From Halorarum halobium (GTDB lineage: Archaea > Halobacteriota > Halobacteria > Halobacteriales > Haloferacaceae), in contig NZ_CP134949.1 of NCBI RefSeq assembly GCF_032116555.1, positions 3,038,001 to 3,102,000 of the forward strand: a stretch of 64,000 nucleotides of DNA, read 5' to 3'. A model generated the notes under the pieces. That model ran no database searches, was not told the origin of the DNA, and saw nothing but the letters and a program-made list of their open reading frames with translations. Shown here one piece after another: positions 56,169 to 64,000 of this stretch. The first letter of the stretch is position 1; each line of letters begins with the position of its first letter. The position numbers and the translations under genes are program-made.

Positions 56169-56792
56169 TCACTCGATGTCGACGCGGCCGGACGTCGCCG
56201 AGCGCAGGCGGTCGCGGAGGTCGCCCGCGTCCTCGACGGCCACCCTGGCCGCGAACGTGACCTCGGCGTCGTAGTCGGCGTCGAACTCGACGCCCTCGCT
56301 CTCCAGAATCCCGCGGACCGTCCCCGAGTCGTCGTACTCCGCGGTGAGGACGACCCGCTCGTGGGGGACCTCCTCGACGACGCCGGCGGCGTCGAGCCCC
56401 TCCTTCACGGCGCTGGAGTAGGCGCGAGCCAGGCCGCCGACGCCGAGGTTCGTTCCGCCGTAGTAGCGCGTCACGACCGCGGCGACGCGTTCGACGTCCC
56501 CCTGCTGGAGGACGTTCAGCGCGGGTTTGCCGGCCGAGCCGGTCGGCTCGCCGTCGTCGCTCGAGTACTCGCGGAGCATGACCTCGCCGGGCGACCGGGC
56601 CGTGCCGTCGCCGGCGGGAACCCGGTACGCCGGGACGTTGTGGGTGGCGTCGTCGTACTCGTCCGCGACCGCCTCCACGAACGCCTCGGCCGCCGCGACG
56701 GTGTCGGCGGGGGCGACGTGGCCGACGAACCGCGAGCCGCGCACCTCGAACTCGGCGGCTGCGCGGCCGGAGACGGTCAGGTACGGCTCCAT
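56169..56792 (-). CDS. IMPACT/YigZ family protein
   Basis: 'SRFVG', 'ATHNVPAY', 'DDGEP.GSAGKP', 'VTRYYGGTNLG.GGL.RAY'. Confidence 0.92.
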   Translation of the reverse strand: MEPYLTVSGRAAAEFEVRGSRFVGHVAPADTVAAAEAFVEAVADEYDDATHNVPAYRVPAGDGTARSPGEVMLREYSSDDGEPTGSAGKPALNVLQQGDVERVAAVVTRYYGGTNLGVGGLARAYSSAVKEGLDAAGVVEEVPHERVVLTAEYDDSGTVRGILESEGVEFDADYDAEVTFAARVAVEDAGDLRDRLRSATSGRVDIE

Positions 56793-56822
56793 ACCTCGAC
56801 TCAGTGACGCGGGGCCAAAGGG

Positions 56823-57335
56823 TTACTCGTCCGCGCGCTCGCCGGCCGTCGTTCCCGCGGTGCCGTCCACAGCCCCGTCCGCGGCCCCGCGGGACTCGGG
56901 CAGTTCCGGGTCGCCGACGAACAGCGCGAGAAACAGCAGCGCGCCGCCGATCTGGACCACGTATGCCACCAGCGCAATCGGGTCGGTTGCGAGGTGTGCC
57001 GCGATCTCGCCGACCGGGTTCGTTACGTCGTGGCTCGGCACGAGGCCGCCGTGGTCGGTGAGGTGCCACCAGGCGTAGCCCGCGGTGTAGGCGAGGAGCA
57101 CGCCGGCCGAGAGCGAGTAGATGCGGCGGTGTCGCGCCCCGCGGACGATCGCGGTCGCCAGCCCCAGCAGGAGCAGCGCCGAGGGGACGAACAGGTAGCC
57201 CCGCGGGTCCGCGAACGACGCGAGCGGCAGGTACACCAGCAGCTTCGGCAGCCCTTCGAGGAGGTGGATGGCGGCGCTCACGACCGCGGCCTGCACCGCG
57301 AGCAGTCGGAGGAGGGTCGCCGTGCGGTCGTCCAT
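56823..57335 (-). CDS. Membrane protein of unknown function
   Basis: About four TMs, with His residues ('AIHL', 'WWHL.DH') and 'DPR'. Confidence 0.7.
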   Translation of the reverse strand: MDDRTATLLRLLAVQAAVVSAAIHLLEGLPKLLVYLPLASFADPRGYLFVPSALLLLGLATAIVRGARHRRIYSLSAGVLLAYTAGYAWWHLTDHGGLVPSHDVTNPVGEIAAHLATDPIALVAYVVQIGGALLFLALFVGDPELPESRGAADGAVDGTAGTTAGERADE

Positions 57336-57454
57336 GACGGGGAGTCGGGTACGGTGGGCGAAGAGAGCGTCGGTTCGCCGGGCGCGTTCGACGTACGCAC
57401 CACTGCGGGGTCGACGGTGTGTGAAGCGTGCGTGGAGTCACGCGGAGGCGACCA

Positions 57455-57516
57455 CGACGCGACGGGCCCGAACCGGCGACGCGACGGGCCCGAACCGGCG
57501 ACGCGGCGGGTCCGAA
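57455..57516. repeat. 22-bp tandem repeat (two exact copies plus one degenerate partial)
   Basis: CGACGCGACGGGCCCGAACCGG at 57455 and 57477, and partial CGACGCGGCGGGTCCGAA at 57499. Intergenic. Confidence 0.8.
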
Positions 57517-57562
57517 AAATGGGACGCTGCGATGGTGCCGTGAGCCGAAACGCTGCGACGCC

Positions 57563-58192
57563 TCAGTTTCCGCCGGGCGTGTCGGTTCCGCCGGGGGTGC
57601 CGGTCGCGGTGCCGTTTCCGGTTCCGTTCCCGGTCCCGTCGCCGCCGGCGGTTCCGTCCTCCTCCCACCAGTCGTCGGTATCGAGGATCGCGTCCTCCTC
57701 GTCCTCGGCGACCGGGCTGACGTCGACGGTGATGAGCTGTTCGTTGTCCCCGAACGGTGCCCACTCCCGGTTCATCTCGAACACCTGCGGCTGGTTCGGA
57801 TCGTCGTCCGCGTCGACGACGAACCCGAACTCGTCGTCGTACTCGCCGATCTCCGCCTCCTCGACCACGAACAGCGGGACCGTCTCGCCGGTGTTCAACC
57901 ACCTGATCATCCGGGTGTCGTAGTCCGAGAAGTAGCTGTCCCGGACGTCGCCGTAGTTGGGGGTCCACTCCACGACGTCGGAGACGAAGGTGAACCGGGC
58001 GGCTGGCCGGAAGTTGCTGACGAAGATCAGCGCCTGCCAGCCCTCGGTGAGCACGCCGTCGTCGCCCTCCTGTGCGCTCGCCGCGCCCGAGGCGACGGCG
58101 CCCATCCCCGCGGTCGCCACCGCGCTCTTTTTGACGAACGACCGACGCGACTCGTCACCGATCAGCCGATCTACCGGGTTTTCCTCGGTCAT
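57563..58192 (-). CDS. Tat-exported acidic protein with a Gly/Thr-rich tail
   Basis: 'SRRSFVKK...ASA' signal, an Asp/Glu-rich body and 'GNGT' repeats. Confidence 0.75.
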   Translation of the reverse strand: MTEENPVDRLIGDESRRSFVKKSAVATAGMGAVASGAASAQEGDDGVLTEGWQALIFVSNFRPAARFTFVSDVVEWTPNYGDVRDSYFSDYDTRMIRWLNTGETVPLFVVEEAEIGEYDDEFGFVVDADDDPNQPQVFEMNREWAPFGDNEQLITVDVSPVAEDEEDAILDTDDWWEEDGTAGGDGTGNGTGNGTATGTPGGTDTPGGN

Positions 58193-58640
58193 AGTAGTCC
58201 CTCCCGGGAGAGGACGGGACGGCCTCCGCGGGGAAAAGCGGAGAGATAGTTAACACGCCGCTGGCACGGGTTACTTCGAGTACGCTCGGCTTCAGCGGCA
58301 CGGCCCCGGGGTGCACGGACCCCGGTTGCACCGCTCTAACGTTCCGGTAAGGAGGGCTGACGTCGTGTTCGACTCCGGTTCGTGCGCGGTTCGGCCGGCC
58401 GTGACGACTCGCGGACCGGCGGTGAAATCCGGGATTCCGGCGAAGCGGGAGCCACAGGGTCCGTTCACGGCCGCCTCTGCGAGCGGTCGAGACTGCCCGG
58501 CACGTCGACCACGCGTCCGGCGCGCGGCGACCGTCCTCCGCGGCGAGCGGTCCTCCCCCGTTCGCCCGAGCGGACCGGCGCGGCGACCGTCCGGCTCCGG
58601 CGTCGTGGGCCACGTCCCGCCGCAGGTCCGTCCCCCCGAG

Positions 58641-59141
58641 TCAGAACTCCACGCTCCGCACGTACGGCAGTTCCCGGATCTCGACGAGCAGGTCGCCCGG
58701 GACCTCCGCGTCGGTGATGACGTACAGCTTCGGGTCGTCGGCGAACTCCGGGTCGTCCGAGAGCACCTGCCGGAGCGAGATGCCCGTCTCCGCGAGCATC
58801 GTGGTGATGTCGGCGACGATGCCCGAGGCGTCGGGGTCGCCGACCTCGACGGTGAGCACCGTCAGGTCCAGCACCGGCGCGAGGTCCATCAGGCTCGGGA
58901 CCGCGGTGATGTTGCCGAAGATGCGCCGGAGCTCCTCGTCCTCGAGGATGGCGGTCGTCGTCGCGTCCACGACCCGGCGGTCGACGTCGGCCTCGCGGGC
59001 GATGCCGGTGTCGGCGATCTCGATGCCGCCCGAGACGACCCGGCCCTCGTCGTTCACGGAGAAGCCCCGCTCGAGCAGCAGCCGGATGACCGCCTGCTGA
59101 CCCGGCGATCCCTCGAACTTCCCCATGATCTCGTCGAACAT
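58641..59141 (-). CDS. ACT-domain (amino acid-binding) regulator-like protein
   Basis: 'MFDEIM.KFEGSP.QQ.V.RLLLERG', 'VDRRVV', and ACT 'GIVA.IT..LA..GISLRQ...DP'. Start set at ATG 59141. Confidence 0.85.
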   Translation of the reverse strand: MFDEIMGKFEGSPGQQAVIRLLLERGFSVNDEGRVVSGGIEIADTGIAREADVDRRVVDATTTAILEDEELRRIFGNITAVPSLMDLAPVLDLTVLTVEVGDPDASGIVADITTMLAETGISLRQVLSDDPEFADDPKLYVITDAEVPGDLLVEIRELPYVRSVEF

Positions 59142-59175
59142 CGCTCGTTCGTGGTGGCGGCCGCGGCGGACATAA

Positions 59176-59223
59176 TCGTTCGGTGTTGACGAGTCGTGGT
59201 CGTTCGGTGTTGACGAGTCGTGG
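59176..59223. repeat. Exact 24-bp tandem duplication in the ACT-gene promoter region
   Basis: TCGTTCGGTGTTGACGAGTCGTGG twice, adjacent to a minus-strand TTAT box at about 59172-59175. Confidence 0.8.
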
Positions 59224-59515
59224 CGGGCTGGTGAAGTGCGGGCTGGTCGGTCCTCCCGCTCGAACGCGGCCGTCGTCGACTTCCGTGTCGGTTCCCGCGT
59301 TGATTCCGCCGTCGATTTGATCGCTTCGAGAGCCCCCGCAGCGCTCGACTCGGTGCGGCCGTTCACGGGAGCCAAGCCCTCGTGACCGCCGCGCGCCGGG
59401 TGGACCGGTCTGGCGAACGCGACGGCGCCGACGGACCGATACGAAAGATTTGCAACAGGTCTCGCAGGCGACGGACGACGGAAGAGCCAAAGCCCCTCCG
59501 TCCGACGCCCCTCCC

Positions 59516-60316
59516 ATGCGCGAACTCGACTGCGACTTCTGTGGCACCCGTGCTGCGGGTGCCTTCGAGGTCGTCCCCGCGGAACTCGACCCGACGCCCG
59601 AGGAACAGGTCCGCGTCGTGCTCTGCGAGAACTGCCGCGACACCCTCGACGCCGTCACCGCGCCGCTGCTGGCCCGCCTCGGCGTCGGCGACGGTGGCAC
59701 CCCGAGCGCGGCACGGGACCCCGCCCAGTCCACCCTCCAGTCCGGAACCGACGACGGCGACGATGGCGACGACGGGGACCCGGACGGGACGGGTCCCGAG
59801 GACGGCGCCCAGGCCAGCGCCCGCTCGGAGAACCCCGTCTCGCCCGCCGACGACGCGGTGATCATCGACGCCGGCGGGCCGCGAGCGCGGCCGAACGGCG
59901 ACGAGAGCGACGACCGGGACGCGGACACCATGGACGCCTCTGACGTCGCGGCCGTCCGGAAGGCGACCGCCGCCGAGCAGGACCCTTCGCCCGACGAGTC
60001 CGGCGACGACGGCGAGGACGATGCCGACGACGGGGCGGAGGGGGAGGACGCGGCCGACGCGGGGACCGACGCCGAGGACGGAGGTTCCGACGGCGAGGAC
60101 GGCGGTTCGGGGGGCGGCGCGGGCGGCGAGCCCGCGGAGTTCCGGACGGTGATGCGTCTGCTGAACAACCGCGAGTTCCCGGTCGACAGGGCCGAGATCA
60201 CCGACCTCGCGAGCGGCGCGTACGAACTCGAGGTCTCGGAGGTCGACGAGATCATCGACTACGCCATCGAGCGCGACATCCTCGCCGAGGACGGCGGGGA
60301 ACTGACGAAGGCGTGA
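59516..60316 (+). CDS. Hypothetical protein: N-terminal CxxC/CxxC zinc finger, long acidic linker, C-terminal wHTH-like domain
   Basis: 'CDFCG...LCENC', a D/E/G-rich middle and 'VMRLLNNREFP..R..I..LA..AY'. Start set at ATG 59516. Confidence 0.75.
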   Translation: MRELDCDFCGTRAAGAFEVVPAELDPTPEEQVRVVLCENCRDTLDAVTAPLLARLGVGDGGTPSAARDPAQSTLQSGTDDGDDGDDGDPDGTGPEDGAQASARSENPVSPADDAVIIDAGGPRARPNGDESDDRDADTMDASDVAAVRKATAAEQDPSPDESGDDGEDDADDGAEGEDAADAGTDAEDGGSDGEDGGSGGGAGGEPAEFRTVMRLLNNREFPVDRAEITDLASGAYELEVSEVDEIIDYAIERDILAEDGGELTKA

Positions 60317-60507
60317 GCGTCGCCGGACGAACGTCACCGGGTCCCGGTCGGGACCCCCGAACACCGGATTTCATGTGTGTCTGACGCCGGCGCTCCGGAC
60401 TCACCACTCGCCATCGAGAGATCCCACGCCCGGTGACCCATCGGGTGGCCGGCTACTCCGCCACGGGTCGAAAAGGGAACCCCGTCCGCGAGTGTCGGAC
60501 CTCCCGC

Positions 60508-61098
60508 TCAGAGGTCGCCCTTCGTGCTCGGCACTTCGCTTCTCCGCTCGTCCAGTCGCGTCGCGTCGTCGAGCGCCCGGGCGAGCGCCTTGAACAGCGC
60601 CTCGACCTCGTGGTGGGCGTTCCGGCCGCGCTCGACGCCGGCGTGGAGCGTCAGGTCCGCGTTCATCGCCAGCGAGTAGGCGAAGTGCCGGCCCATGTCG
60701 CTGGTGAACTCGCCGACCGCGTCCTGTGAGAACGCGCCGTCCCACTCGAAGTGCGGGCGGCCGGACACGTCGACGACGACGGACGCGACGGCCTCGTCGA
60801 GGGGCACGCGCCGGTCGGCGTAGCGGACGATGCCGCGCTTGTCGCCCAGCGCCTCGTCGAACGCCTCGCCGAGCACGATCGCCACGTCCTCGACCGTGTG
60901 GTGGTCGTCGACCTCCAGGTCGCCGTCACAGCGGACGGTCAGGTCGAACAGGCCGTGCTTCGCGAACGCGGCGAGCATGTGGTCGAAGAAGCCGACGCCC
61001 GTGTCGACCTCGTGGTCGCCGTCGCCGTCGACCCCCAGCGTCAGTTCGATCGCCGTCTCCCCGGTCTCGCGGGTCACGGCTGCCGTGCGGTCGCTCAT
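60508..61098 (-). CDS. hisB: Imidazoleglycerol-phosphate dehydratase
   Basis: '[10 protein letters not shown]', 'DDHHTVED', 'PLDEA', '[12 protein letters not shown]', 'PSTKG'. Confidence 0.97.
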   Translation of the reverse strand: MSDRTAAVTRETGETAIELTLGVDGDGDHEVDTGVGFFDHMLAAFAKHGLFDLTVRCDGDLEVDDHHTVEDVAIVLGEAFDEALGDKRGIVRYADRRVPLDEAVASVVVDVSGRPHFEWDGAFSQDAVGEFTSDMGRHFAYSLAMNADLTLHAGVERGRNAHHEVEALFKALARALDDATRLDERRSEVPSTKGDL

Positions 61099-61302
61099 GG
61101 GCGGACCTCGGCGTGGCGCGCCAAGACGGTTGCGGAACCGTGGGACCCGCTGGCGCGCGGCTCCGAACGGGGAACGGGGGACGCGTCTGACGCTCGGCGA
61201 ACGGCGGATGCGACGACCGGGAAACGCGTCAGTCGCCCGTCAGACGCGTCAGACGGCCGTCTGCGGGGGGTTCATGTCACGTCACGCCGTGGCACCAGGT
61301 CC

Positions 61303-61455
61303 ATGCAATCGGAGTTACCCGCCATGCTCGCCTTCGCCGGTGGCTCCGTCTCCATCGCCTCGGCGACCGCGCTGGGCGTCGTCGCCGGCGTCGCGCTCGT
61401 CGCGCTCTCGACGACGTTCGCGGTCGCGTCGCTCTCACGACTGCTCGGCGAGTGA
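61303..61455 (+). CDS. Possible small single-TM protein (50 aa)
   Basis: MQSELPAMLAFAGGSVSIASATALGVVAGVALVALSTTFAVASLSRLLGE. GC3-rich codons, lying in the gap between hisB and hisA. Confidence 0.4.
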   Translation: MQSELPAMLAFAGGSVSIASATALGVVAGVALVALSTTFAVASLSRLLGE

Positions 61456-61588
61456 GTCGACGGGGAGGCGAAACGGGCAGTCGGACCGCGGACGGTGGAG
61501 ACGGCCGGGTCGACGGCGCACCGTTGGGCGTCGATTCGGGCCGAGTCGTGCTCGTTCGGCCGTCCACCGACGATCGGAGCGTACGTCC

Positions 61589-62317
61589 TCAGGCGTCCAT
61601 CGCCTCCCGCAGCGTGAACCGTTCCTCGTACAGCGCCGTCCCGACGACCACGGCGGCGGCACCGGCCTCCCGCAGCGCGCGGACGTCCGCCACGGACGCG
61701 ACGCCGCCCGAGGCGACGACCGGAATCTCCACGGCCTCGACGACGCGCTCGACCGCCTCGCGGTTCACGCCCGCCAGTTGTCCCTCCACGTCGACGTCGG
61801 TAAAGAGGATCGCGCCCGCGCCCAGCGCCTCGTACCGCCCGGCCACCTCGGCCGGGTCGAGCCCGGTCCCCTCGGTCCAGCCGGAGACGACGACCTCGCC
61901 GTCCCTCGCGTCGAGGCTCACCGTCACGCTCCCCGGGTGCGTCTCGGAGATCTCGCCGACGATGGCCGGGTTCTCCACGGCGGCGGTGCCGAGGATGACG
62001 CGGTCGACGCCCCCCTCCAGCAGCCGGGTCGCGCCCTCGACGGTCCTGATGCCGCCGCCGACCTGGACGCCGACGGCGTCGCCGACGGCGTCCACGATGG
62101 CGTCGAGCGCGGGGGCGTTCTCGCGCTCGCCGACGAACGCGCCGTCGAGGTCGACGAGGTGGAGCGTCCGCGCGCCGGCCGCGAGCCAGCGCTGGGCGAC
62201 CTCGACCGGGTCGCCGTACGACGATTCCGTCCCCGGTTCGCCGCCGACGAGCTGGACGGTCTCGCCGCCTTTCACGTCGACGGCGGGGACGACCTCGAAC
62301 TCCGGAAAGTGGGTCAT
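61589..62317 (-). CDS. hisA: ProFAR isomerase
   Basis: 'VPAVD..GG..VQL', 'LHLVDLDGA', 'QVGGGIR', 'SLDA', 'TDV..EG', 'ASGGV', 'GTALY'. Confidence 0.95.
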   Translation of the reverse strand: MTHFPEFEVVPAVDVKGGETVQLVGGEPGTESSYGDPVEVAQRWLAAGARTLHLVDLDGAFVGERENAPALDAIVDAVGDAVGVQVGGGIRTVEGATRLLEGGVDRVILGTAAVENPAIVGEISETHPGSVTVSLDARDGEVVVSGWTEGTGLDPAEVAGRYEALGAGAILFTDVDVEGQLAGVNREAVERVVEAVEIPVVASGGVASVADVRALREAGAAAVVVGTALYEERFTLREAMDA

Positions 62318-62474
62318 TCGCTGTCGGTGCTAGCGCGGGCGGGGGCAAAACGGTTCCCAGTGCGGCAGGCTGCCGGGGACGACGGAGCTGACGGTCCCCG
62401 TTCGGCTCCCCCGCCGTTTTCACGAACGAGACGGGGTGCGAAACTGTCAAGTATGGTTGCTCGAACCGGACTTC

Positions 62475-63341
62475 ATGAGCGAGTCGGTCGTCGCGGACTT
62501 CGTCGGCCACTTCTTCGCGGCCGGCGTGCGGGGTGAACCCCCGACCGGCCGGATCGTCCTCAGCCAGCGACGGCTGGTGCTCGCCGCGGACGAGGTGAAG
62601 GAAACCATCCCCCTCTCGTCGGTGTTCGACGTGAAGGTGGGGCAGGTCCCGGCGGAGATGGAGGGCTACTTCAACGACACCATCACCATCGCCTACCGCG
62701 TCGACGACGAGCGGCGCGTCGCCGCCGTCGAGGGCTCGGACACGAACATCGACCGCTTCGGCACGGTGCTGTTCAAGGTGCTGCTCAACGGGACGACCGC
62801 GCTAGTTCGCCACCCGGCGCGGCTGGGCGGTCGGGTCACGGACGCCGACGCGGAGAAGGCGTCGCTGAAGCTCGAGCACGGCTCGCTCACGTTCAAGCGG
62901 AAGAGCGGGCCGTTCACGGTCGATCTGGGGACGGTCATCTCGGTCGAGCGCGCGGACCGCGACCTGGGCAACGGCCCACACCCGGTCGTCACGTTCCGTC
63001 ACATCGAGGACGGGACGGCGGCCACCTCCGAGGTCGGAATCGACTCGGCCCGGAAGACGAACCTGCTCGGGCGGTACATCCGACTGCGCTACGCCGACGT
63101 GCAGGAGGAACTGGCCGACGTCAGTCTCGACGAGGAGGAACTGGAGGTGCTCGTCGCGCTCTACTCGGCCGGCGAGGGCGTCTCGCTGTCGGCCGTCGTC
63201 GACATCGACCCCCAGCCGCTCACTTTGCTGTTGAACGGACTCGCGGAGAAGGGCATCGTCGTCGACACGGAGACCGGCACGAAGCTGACGGCGAAGGGGC
63301 GGGTCGTCGTCGGCCAGCGGCTCGAGTCCGTGAACACGTAG
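62475..63341 (+). CDS. cheF: CheF-family (archaeal chemotaxis adaptor-like) protein
   Basis: 'MSESVVADF', 'GRIVLSQRRLVLA', 'TIPLS..FD', 'LFKVLLNG', 'HPARLGGRV', 'E.LVALYS'. Start set at ATG 62475. Confidence 0.75.
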   Translation: MSESVVADFVGHFFAAGVRGEPPTGRIVLSQRRLVLAADEVKETIPLSSVFDVKVGQVPAEMEGYFNDTITIAYRVDDERRVAAVEGSDTNIDRFGTVLFKVLLNGTTALVRHPARLGGRVTDADAEKASLKLEHGSLTFKRKSGPFTVDLGTVISVERADRDLGNGPHPVVTFRHIEDGTAATSEVGIDSARKTNLLGRYIRLRYADVQEELADVSLDEEELEVLVALYSAGEGVSLSAVVDIDPQPLTLLLNGLAEKGIVVDTETGTKLTAKGRVVVGQRLESVNT

Positions 63342-63506
63342 ACGGCGACACGAGCGACCCGCCCTGCTCGCGGTTCAGTCGGACGGTGACGCCCGAGCGC
63401 CGGTCTCATTTTCGCCGAAATTCCCCGACAGCAGCCGATTCTCCCGGCCGCGCGTCGATGGTGTCGATTCGATTGATTTATACGCCCGTGTATGTGAGTA
63501 GCATCC

Positions 63507-63650
63507 ATGACACCCGCTCGCACGGAGTCAGAGGTGATGGCGTCGGTCGACGAGGACAGTTCCGAGTTCGTCATCGCCGACATCGCGCGGGAGGACGCGT
63601 GGCTATCCGTGGGCGAGCGGGACGCGCCGGTGCTCGAACAGTGGTGTTGA
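63507..63650 (+). CDS. Small conserved-looking haloarchaeal protein (47 aa), not in the ORF track
   Basis: MTPARTESEVMASVDEDSSEFVIADIAREDAWLSVGERDAPVLEQWC*. A TTTATA box lies at about 63477-63482, about 25 nt upstream, which fits a leaderless gene. Confidence 0.65.
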   Translation: MTPARTESEVMASVDEDSSEFVIADIAREDAWLSVGERDAPVLEQWC

Positions 63651-63675
63651 GCCCGGCTCGACGCCCGGCGTCGCC

Positions 63676-63927
63676 CTAGATCTCCTCGTCCGGGTCGTGG
63701 CGGTCGGCCACCCGCCGCGCCTCGCTCGCGTACCGTTCTACCGTCTCCTCGTCCTCGACGAGTCCCAGCTCGGACTCCGGTCGCTCGATCCCCGCGGTGG
63801 CCGGGTTCCGGGAGAGCAGTTCCACCGACGCCTGCCGGCGGTAGTACCGCTCGCCGTCCTCGCTCGCGTAGGTGAGCGAGACGGTCTGTCTCGTGTCGTA
63901 CTCGCGCTCGACGAGCCACAGGTGCAT
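63676..63927 (-). CDS. Small hypothetical protein (83 aa)
   Basis: 'WLVEREY', 'L.YA..DG.R', 'ERYA.EA......HDPDE', acidic. Confidence 0.7.
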   Translation of the reverse strand: MHLWLVEREYDTRQTVSLTYASEDGERYYRRQASVELLSRNPATAGIERPESELGLVEDEETVERYASEARRVADRHDPDEEI

Positions 63928-64000
63928 GTGACCGGATACGGACGAACGGGATGAAAAGGTGAGCCGTCTCCGTGCGGGCCGGGCGACGATCAGCCGAACT

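Noticed and set aside
52705..56274. 1189-aa plus-strand ORF, and similar long ORFs such as 14547..16802, 33663..35141 and 28187..29872
   Set aside because: These are antisense or alternate-frame shadows of well-supported genes. Long stop-free frames are expected at this GC content, and the translations have no recognisable motifs.
57455..57516. Direct repeats as a possible CRISPR array (also 59176-59223)
   Set aside because: The copies are contiguous with no spacers, there are only two or three units, and no cas genes are present.
59740..60130. Low-complexity GAC/GGC-rich tract as a DNA repeat element
   Set aside because: It is explained by an acidic disordered linker within the 59516..60316 CDS, and no exact periodic unit is present.

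Overview
GC-rich window with acidic proteins and many apparently leaderless genes, typical of a haloarchaeal (class Halobacteria) chromosome. From left to right it holds: (1) the end of a sugar-acid catabolic cluster (DHDPS-family fragment, uxuA, TPP enzyme); (2) a probable iron-regulated operon (siderophore-type binding protein plus two unknown genes, one frameshifted); (3) a luciferase-like monooxygenase and a wHTH regulator divergent from a 2587-aa GLUG/CARDB surface protein with a PGF-CTERM anchor; (4) a cell-surface and glycosylation region (beta-helix lipoprotein, DUF4330-like protein, atypical STT3/AglB-like transferase, VanZ, UppP, GlmU, GlmS, second nucleotidyltransferase, TrmB, two epimerases, SqdB-like enzyme). 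That region is interrupted by two PIN-type toxin-antitoxin pairs, a MITE-like palindromic element, an FxLYD lipoprotein, a Met-rich surface protein plus molybdo-oxidoreductase module, and a tandem of non-canonical tRNA-like genes. After it come (5) a membrane-sensor/envelope cluster and a hybrid histidine kinase, and (6) housekeeping genes (S9 peptidase, FAD oxidoreductase, YigZ, ACT protein, hisB, hisA, cheF). The most notable observations are the tRNA-like array at 39.0-39.2 kb, the Met-rich/oxidoreductase module, the STT3 homologue lacking WWDxG, and a shared GTTACTC-N7-GAGTWAC palindrome. No CRISPR array, rRNA or transposase was seen. All family assignments come from motif recognition by eye, not database searches. 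Several start codons were moved downstream of the ORF-track starts.
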